From NCBI GenBank assembly GCA_964016885.1, contig OZ024754.1, forward strand, positions 26,474,001 through 26,538,000: a stretch of DNA of 64,000 nucleotides, given 5' to 3'. Positions 56,398 through 64,000 of this stretch are shown in pieces. Positions within the stretch are counted from its first letter, which is position 1. Each line of letters opens with the position of its first letter. The DNA is from Eledone cirrhosa (taxonomy: Eukaryota). The translations under genes and the position numbers were made by a program. The notes below the pieces were generated by a model. The model made no database searches and was not told where the DNA came from. It worked only from the letters and a program-made list of their open reading frames with translations.

Positions 56398-58259
56398 ATA
56401 ATAATAACATTGAAAACTAAAATTCAAAGAGGGCTCGATAAGGAAAATATATATCAAATATATAAGAACCGTAGAGCAAATATTTATTAAAATAACAGAT
56501 TAAAGTTTAAGCAAAGAATCGCTGCTTTCACCCTTAACGGGATCTTCTGAAACTAACAAAGTCAATCTGTAAACGCAGAACTGGATATTTCAAAAAACGT
56601 TGCAACCGGAGGAAGACAGGAAGACAGGAAGACACCATTAGCTAAGATCTTTCTTTCCCTTATTACGAAGCATTTTCCCCCTACACATAAATATAGTAAA
56701 ATTTTTAATAGAAATACTATTAAAATTTCTTACTCTACGACTCCTAACCTTGCACATAACATCACAGCTTCAAATTTAGCTAAACTACCTAGCCCTAGGA
56801 ACACGTGCAACCCTGTAGTTAGTACTAACTGTAATCGTAGGAATCGGGCTGATTGCCCCTATCCGGGAAATGCCTCTCTAGTAACATTGTCTACAAATGT
56901 AAGGTTGTAACACCCACGTCCCGTAGGGCCTACATAGGGTTAACCGCCAATAGTTTCAAGCAGCGTCTTTACATGCATACCCATTCTTTTCGTTACCCTC
57001 TAAGAAGGAATATGACGTCACTTTCAGCTTATATCTGGAGTCTAAAAGACAACCACACCCGATATAAGTTACACTGGGAGATCCTAGCTAGGGCTAGATC
57101 GTATAACGGAAATAAAAGACCATGTGACCTCTGCGCCGCTGAGGCCCTGGAAATACTCTACGCTACAGACCACATCTTAAACAAAAAATCTGAGGCAATT
57201 TCGGCTTTTAAACATAAATTGCACAAAACTTTCCTATATTACAGCCCCACGTTATACCCTAACGGATAGCACGATCTATACGTGGATATTTTACGTCTTG
57301 ATGTGGGAGCTAAGTATATGTTTTGTTTATTCCTTTACTTATTTGCATAGGTAAGTATATATTACCCGTATGTTTTGTGAAGGTATGTATACCTTCTCGT
57401 ACGTATATTTGACTGTTATAGCGTATACTTTTTACATATTCTGGTATTTAGGGTTTGGCTATGTGTATACGGGAGTTTTGCGTCCGCGTGAGTGTGCAGG
57501 TTCGTACGTATGGTGGGTGTTTGTATATGTGTACTTCTTGTTTTAGTTGACTTACGTCTCCGAACATTCGTGTATTTATATGTAGGTATGCGTGTACGCT
57601 TGTTATATACGTATTTATTTACTTATATACGTTTATATAATTATTTATTTATTTGTACACAAGCATACACACACACACATATTTATATGTGCGTGGTTTT
57701 GTATACCCATGGTAAGGTTTTGCGTATGCTTGTGTATGTACGTATCTGTTTGCGTGTATGTATTTATTTGTTTCTATTACTTCTGTATTGTATTTATTTA
57801 CTTTGTTCTAAACTCTGTAGCGGAAATTCATTTGGTCTCCTAGTTAGAATTTTAGTCTACGATTTCTGCTATACCATTTACGTGGTTTTGTCTTTGCGTG
57901 CTATTGTTCTCCACGCTCCACATATGACTTATTATCTTCGTTTTTTCGTTCATTGCCAGAGAACGTCTCTATGCACCACCTAAGAGAACATTAGTCTACG
58001 ACCTCTTTTATACCATAAACGTGGTTTTGTCTTTGCGCGTAATTGTTTTTCACCGCTCCTATTAATGACGTATTATTCGTTTTTTCCCGTTCTTTGCCAG
58101 CGAACGTTACCACGAACCAAAGTATCGTCTTCCTGTCTTCCTCCGGTTGCAACGTTTTTTGAAACATCCAGTTCTGCGTTTACAGATTGACTTTGTTAGT
58201 TTCAGAAGATCCCGTTAAGGGTGAAAGCAGCGATTCTTTGCTTAAACTTTAATCTGTTA

Positions 58260-58265
<6 letters not shown>
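56394..58265 (+). mobile_element. 5'-truncated Penelope-like element (Naiad-like GIY-YIG) with inverted 5' pLTR plus tail
   Basis: ORF 56853..57269 is GIY-YIG; arms ~56487-56625 / 58127-58265; tail 56394-56486; (TA)n both sides. Confidence 0.88.
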
Positions 58266-58345
<80 letters not shown>

Positions 58346-58349
<4 letters not shown>

Positions 58350-58545
58350 AACCAGTAAGACCCCGACGGCTGAGCTCAAGCCGTTTCGACGGCTAATTCT
58401 GGACTAGTCCAGAATTAGCCGTCGAAACGGCTTGACCTCAGCCGTCGGGGTCTTACTGGTTCCTATTACCCACTCTACTACCCCAAGTATTGAGTACTTT
58501 GGTGCATTATGGTCCACCTGGTTCCTTACCACATTTCCTTCGTTA
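58346..58545. mobile_element. Spacer-less palindromic fold-back (centre GGACT/AGTCC 58405/58406) plus tail
   Basis: 60-bp arms with one mismatch, ~80-bp tail, (TA)n both sides. Confidence 0.82.
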
Positions 58546-58825
58546 TATATATATATATATATATTTACACACACGCACACACACACATATATTTATATAT
58601 ATACTAGTAGTAGCGATAAACAGGCAAAACTCCAGAGTAATAAGACTTAATAAATGAATACACACACACACATATATATATATGAAACATTTGGGACCCC
58701 GACGGCTGAGCTCCAGCCGTTTCAACAGCTAGATCTGAGTGCGGATGTAGTTGTTGAAACAGCAGGAGCTCATATGTCAGGGCACCGAATCTTTCTTATT
58801 ACCCACTGGTTTTTACTGCTTCCAT

Positions 58826-58901
<76 letters not shown>

Positions 58902-59574
58902 GTGTATTATTTGGGACCCGAATGTACTTGTCTTCCCTTTATTCATTAGTTCATCTATCTTTTTAGTTATATATTTAGTTTATTTGTAAGTACCCAACTA
59001 TAATAAATAATTACTGCTGCCCCAGCATGGCTCCAGCCGGATGTCTGGAACAGGTAAAAGAGTAAATATGATCAATGAGAATGAAGATGGTATCCCATTG
59101 TGGGCGCAGTCTAGTGACTGAAACCATAAAAAAGAGTGAAAAAAAAAGTAAAATGAGGAATTCAGGAGAAAACGTTTTAAATCTAAAACAAGATGAAAGT
59201 TCTGATCACAATAAAAAATTATTTTGATGTTTAGCTGGCAGAGAGAAAAACATTGGTAGGTCTCTGTGAAGTTTATAGATATCTACTTTTGTGTCTGAAA
59301 CTATTTTTAGTTTTTGAGTGTCTGGTGTGTTTTTTATGCAGATTATTCGTGCAAAATTTTATATCTTGTCAGTTCTGATGAATAATCACACAGATTCCGA
59401 TTAATCATTGATTTTTGCACAAACTAAATTCATTCAAAATTACCGGTCGGAATGTATAGAACAGATGTAAACAAGAACAGCTACATGTGTGATATGATGT
59501 CGACTGTTTCCATGAACAGCTACATGTGTGATATGATGTGTATGAAACAAAAACAAAAGGCGTAACAAAAAATA

Positions 59575-59738
59575 GAAACAAGAGAAAATTCCCCAATAGA
59601 GGAGGGGGGGTGCACTTCCGAGGGTTACTTGTGGAGAAAGCCCAGAAAAGCCACCACAGTCACCCTGACCACCAGGGCAAATGCCCTCTCCCAGGTTTCC
59701 TCCCTCAATCTACAGGCACACACTCAGAGCAGGCCCGA
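59575..59738 (-). mobile_element. Tx1-like LINE extreme 3' end (last codons plus 3' UTR), diverged
   Basis: gggcctgctctgagtgtgcctgtag vs gggccttctctctatatcagcctgtag (506-532); ccccctcctctattgggga vs cccctccctattgagga. Confidence 0.55.
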
Positions 59739-59746
59739 TAAAACAG

Positions 59747-59850
59747 AAGCTCTTAGGTTTCTCACGCGGTCACCTATTGAATTTGACTGAAAGTTGCTTA
59801 GCTTCGGTTACTTGACAAAATCCGGTGTTTTCAACATAATATGACTGTAA
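59747..59850 (-). pseudogene. Degenerate 5S rRNA-derived sequence
   Basis: Reverse strand ttacagtcatattatgttgaaaacaccgg..ccgaagctaagcaac..ggtgaccgcgtgagaa follows the metazoan 5S consensus (box A, box C), with an internal deletion. Confidence 0.75.
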
Positions 59851-59949
59851 ATATATATAATTTGTATTTTGCTTCTTTTCTACATGTGAAGTATTATATA
59901 TATATATATTTTTTTTCTACGTGTGAAGTACTGTAATATATATATAAAT

Positions 59950-61985
59950 GAAGTCGATATAATTTTAACTGCTAGAGACTCGATCATAATGTTTGACAAT
60001 GAGTACTGGACACGTAAAAATAGACAAAACGACTTCGATATAACTATGAGTTCGAGTGACTCGACCCAAGTTACGGATCTTGTAGGAACATATCTCAAAG
60101 GAGGCATATATAGAGATGATGCTCTCCTACTCGTTAAGAACTTCAACGGCCAACAATTAGAAAGAAGAAGAAAATCTATTAGATCCTTCTTTAAACGCAT
60201 GGGCCTCAAAATATCTTTTGACCATAACCTTAAACGCATCAATTTTTTTATTCTCGACCTTAACTCCGGCATATACGAGCCCTTCCATAAATCTAATGAT
60301 AACTTAAGCTATGTTAATCGTTGGTCTAACCATCCTAAGACTATCACTAGCTCCATTGTTAAAAATGTATCCCTTAGGATCTCCTCTGAATCATCTTTCA
60401 ACACACAAGCGGCCTACTACAACGCTGATCTACTTAGGGCCGGTTATGATGAGCCACTAAAATTTCTCCCGGATACACCATGTGGGGGAAAATCCATCCC
60501 AATAGGAAGACATCACAAGCATACTACACACGATTTGCAAATTTAAATACCAACGGCTCAAAGCCACACAGTGGTGAGACAAATAATAATACTGCTAATA
60601 AGAAAACACCAAGCAGGTCCCGCACAAAATCATACCTATGGTATATCTCCCGCACAACGATCTAAGCTATCCTACCTCTTCTTCAAAATTATAGACGAAC
60701 ACTTTCTTCCAACACACACATTCCATAAAATACTAAATAGAGACATGATCCGACTATAATATTCCACCACAGCTAACCTGGACAATTTCATCATGAAATT
60801 GAATAACAAACGCCTCTGCAGCTAACGCAATACCAACAGTCAACGGGATCCCGGACATAATCTGAACCCTCAGCAACATCCGCAGCTTCCAACACTGAGC
60901 AGACCGCTACCCGCAAATACCAACGTCTCTTCCACTTTACGCGCTTATCCATATCCGGAGCAACAACAAAATACCCGAAATAATACCTCCAACACTGGAA
61001 CCAGGGAGGAAACCACACAATAGACACGGACAAATCTCAGCAATCGTCCTCAATTGTCCTCAAACTGGTAAATACTTATACAAAAATATCATTTATCAAT
61101 GTGGGTCAATTCTAAACTGGTAATGTATAAATATATGGGTTCCATGTCGAATATTTTCCAGAAAAGATGATATATGCACGCCCACAAATTAAAAAAACCT
61201 AGTTTAGCTAGATCTACGGCCCTGGCGAAAACATCTGGGATCTGAAACGCGCTAACATTGAATACACACTATAATGGTTCGTGCTAAAATTCGCCCGTCC
61301 ATACCGGAATGAAAGAAGCTCTTGTGAACTAAGTTTGATGGAAGTAATTTAAATAGCGACGGAAAAAACCTTCTAAATTCGATAGGATATTTAATTGCAA
61401 ACACAAGGTTCTAAAAACCTTCGCTAAATACAAACTGGACTAGAACAAGTTTCGATCCCTAATACCTAGGGTTTTCACACCCAATCGATTCAGTAATATT
61501 CAAAACAATCCCGTTTTCTTAATTCCTTTCCTCCTTACCCACTCAAGCCTACTCTTAATTTCTACCGTATCTTTCTCTGTCCCTCTCCTTACACCTTCTC
61601 TACCCCCATATATGGTAAACATCAAAACCTTCACCTATAACAATGGTCAAAGAATAATTGTTCCACATCACAGCACACGGATTGATAATGTGAAACTCTT
61701 TACCCTACTCTCTTTCCTCTATTTACAATTTATTAAACGTAAATTTCATTACTGAATTTTACCTCGCTGTGAATAGTTCAATTCCACCACTATAGGCTTT
61801 CTGATGAAATGTAATAAATAATTAAGTATTGCATAAATAATTAATAAATAATTAAGTATTGATTGAACAACATATATTGTAGTCACCATATGTAGACAAT
61901 TATAATAGACACAGAAACATATGTCAAAGCAAATAAGTTCATAATCTCTTCACGCCGACGTTTTATTTTTCTTGGACCAATACTT
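59950..61985 (+). mobile_element. Degenerate Penelope-like element (Naiad-like, YRDD RT) with 3' pLTR
   Basis: FDITMSSSDS.QV.DLVG, GIYRDDAL, YVNRWSNHP; broken GIY-YIG ~61040-61420; hammerhead in the pLTR. Confidence 0.8.
61796..61930 (+). ncRNA. Type I hammerhead with large stem II insertion
   Basis: gcttt CTGATGA aatgt...acaca GAAA catatg TC aaagc. Confidence 0.65.
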
Positions 61986-61986
61986 G

Positions 61987-62068
<82 letters not shown>

Positions 62069-62072
<4 letters not shown>

Positions 62073-62514
62073 GATAAATCTACCAAGAGTTTACGGTAGT
62101 GTCCAATCCGTATGAAGAACTCAATGTAGTCCGGATATCATGGAAAGAAGAGATGCAATGAAAAATCACTTTCGGTGAAAGATAAACGGAATACAGAGTC
62201 AAGATAAAATATTAAAAAAATAATGAATAAAACAATGAAACAGTTCCTTATATTAAACAAAAAAAGTTCATTATTTAACGATCGTTTCTAGGATATATAT
62301 GTGTTAGAATTATTTCTGAAGACGGCATATATGTGTGTTTGGTATGTATATTTAATCTTGATAGTTTGTATAATTTTGTATAATTTTGTACATAGATCTG
62401 TTGAATATGCATGCCAATTCTAACACATATATATCCTAGAAACGATCGTTAAATAATGAACTTTTTTTGTTTAATATAAGGAACTGTTTCATTGTTTTAT
62501 TCATTATTTTTTTA

Positions 62515-62523
<9 letters not shown>
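62069..62523. mobile_element. Fold-back element (arms 62204-62311 / 62416-62523) plus 135-bp tail
   Basis: ~108-bp inverted arms, (TA)n both sides; same family as 28797-29085. Confidence 0.85.
62309..62457 (+). ncRNA. Type I hammerhead (CUGAAGA core, long stem II)
   Basis: attattt CTGAAGA cgg...ccta GAAA cgatcg TT aaataat. Confidence 0.65.
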
Positions 62524-62584
<61 letters not shown>

Positions 62585-62589
<5 letters not shown>

Positions 62590-64000
62590 GGAAAAAAGGA
62601 AATTTCATTTCTCACTCTTAGTACGGATAATACTTAAATATAAGTATGTATACGTACATACATATATGTATACATACGTACAGTAGTATGTATATACATA
62701 AATACATGCACACATATATATATATATGTACGTATGGGTTTACCGAACATTTATTATAATGCACGGTTTGTTTGTAAACAAACAGCCCAAATTATTAGCC
62801 GTACAGTGTTCGGCAACCATCGTTGCCCTTTTGTTCAACACTGACAAAGGAACGATGAACTAGTTTCTAGCTTATTAGCTGTCATTAGCACCGTATAGGT
62901 TCCTGTCAGTCGATTGAACGTTTGAAAATATATACTTTCCTTATGCATATTAACGGCTGAGCAGCCTAATTTGCATAACGAGTGAGTTAGTCGGCCGGGC
63001 GTACCGAAAACGATAAATGGAAAAAATGAAATTTCATTTCTCACTCTTAGTACGGCTGATACTTAAATATAAGTATGTATACGTGCATATATATATATAC
63101 AGACGTCCAGTAGTATGTATATGCATACATACATGTGGAGTCCGGAGGCTGATTGTGTGTACGTGGGGATACGCACGTGTGTGTTTGTGTTTATATGTGG
63201 TGTGGATGTAAGTGGCGTGGTTCAAAAATAATGTAAGTGTTTGTTCGTGTGTATGTTCCTAAGATATTTCCATGGAGTATGAGACAAGATGTTGGAGATT
63301 TCGCGTGTCGTAGAATGGATAGCTGGAACGATGACCGGTGGTGTGAAATCCTGGTGTGGTAGTGCGGAAGTGGGGTGCGCGCGCAACAGGGAGTGGTCAG
63401 AGGGTCAAGGCAGGGTGAAGAGATAGCAGTAGAGGAGGATGACAAGTAAAGAAAGGGTCTGTATGTGGTGTGGACTGTGTGTCTGTGTGTGCGGAGGTGC
63501 GGTGGGTAGGGGAGAGGACGGGTAGGTGTGAAAGGTGGAGGGAGAAGGTGGTGGTGTGGGGGGATGGTGTGTATATTAGTGGAGGTGTTAGTGGGATGGG
63601 TGTGTGAGGGGTTGTAGGTGGAGCGGGGAGAGAGAGAGGGAGAGAGAAGGTGTTGGGGACGGTGGAGGGAGTGTAGTGTACTGGTGTGTGTGCGTGTTTG
63701 GATATGAGTGTGTGTGTGGTAGAGAGGGTTTTAATATTACTGGTGGTGGGGAAGGGGTTGAATGCGGGTGTGTAAGTGGGGGTTAGTGGTGGTTGGGTGT
63801 GAGGAGTGGGTGGTGTATCGGTGTGTACGCAGGTGTGGGTGGGTGTATGTGTGATGGTGTGTGTTCGTGTGTGTGGGTGAGGGGGAAGGTGGGTTAGTAA
63901 TATTAGTTGTGGGGTGGTCAGATGTGGATGCGTATATATATATGCAACAAATCGATATACATTAATGTTGTATATATTACTTAACAACTATATAACATTT
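62585..64000 (-). mobile_element. Probable PLE 3' region with partial tandem pLTR (repeat 62585-62700 / 63014-63130); continues off the right edge
   Basis: ~430-bp-period direct repeat containing a hammerhead. The CA-rich minus-strand UTR resembles the 41200-41440 PLE UTR in composition. Confidence 0.55.
62853..62893 (-). ncRNA. Minimal hammerhead (CUAAUGA variant/decayed core)
   Basis: Reverse strand: cggtg CTAATGA cagct aata agcta GAAA ctag TT catcg. Confidence 0.6.

Noticed and set aside
58200-58235. cagaaga tccc gttaa gggt gaaa gc hammerhead-like string
   Set aside because: Non-canonical core, no UH and no stem I partner.
59747-59850. Functional 5S rRNA gene
   Set aside because: Many substitutions and an internal deletion; single copy, not in an array.

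Overview
AT-rich, microsatellite-saturated animal genomic DNA. The SINE types and repeat landscape suggest an octopod cephalopod; this is inference. The only host coding sequence I can find is one 366-bp internal exon (22164-22529, +) of a cholecystokinin/sulfakinin-type GPCR (TM3-TM5), so most of the window is probably giant intron. The rest is retroelement debris: two Tx1-clade LINE copies, a CR1/L2-like fragment, five R4/Dong-like RLE LINE pieces mostly sitting in (TATG)n, RTE-derived bipartite elements, MetaSINE/CORE-type SINEs, a non-autonomous Helitron and at least five Penelope-like elements (PLEs). The most striking layer is non-coding. About 13 type-I hammerhead ribozyme motifs from unrelated families can be read by eye, most with palindromic stem III. 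About nine fold-back elements share one asymmetric architecture, (TA)n-tail-arm-spacer-inverted arm-(TA)n. A ~340-bp ORF-less tandem unit carries two intact hammerheads and looks like a retrozyme. Other oddities are a 5S rRNA/Tx1 3'-end chimera and a head-to-head SINE pair inside a single 15-bp target-site duplication. All structures were read manually; no folding or database searches were run.
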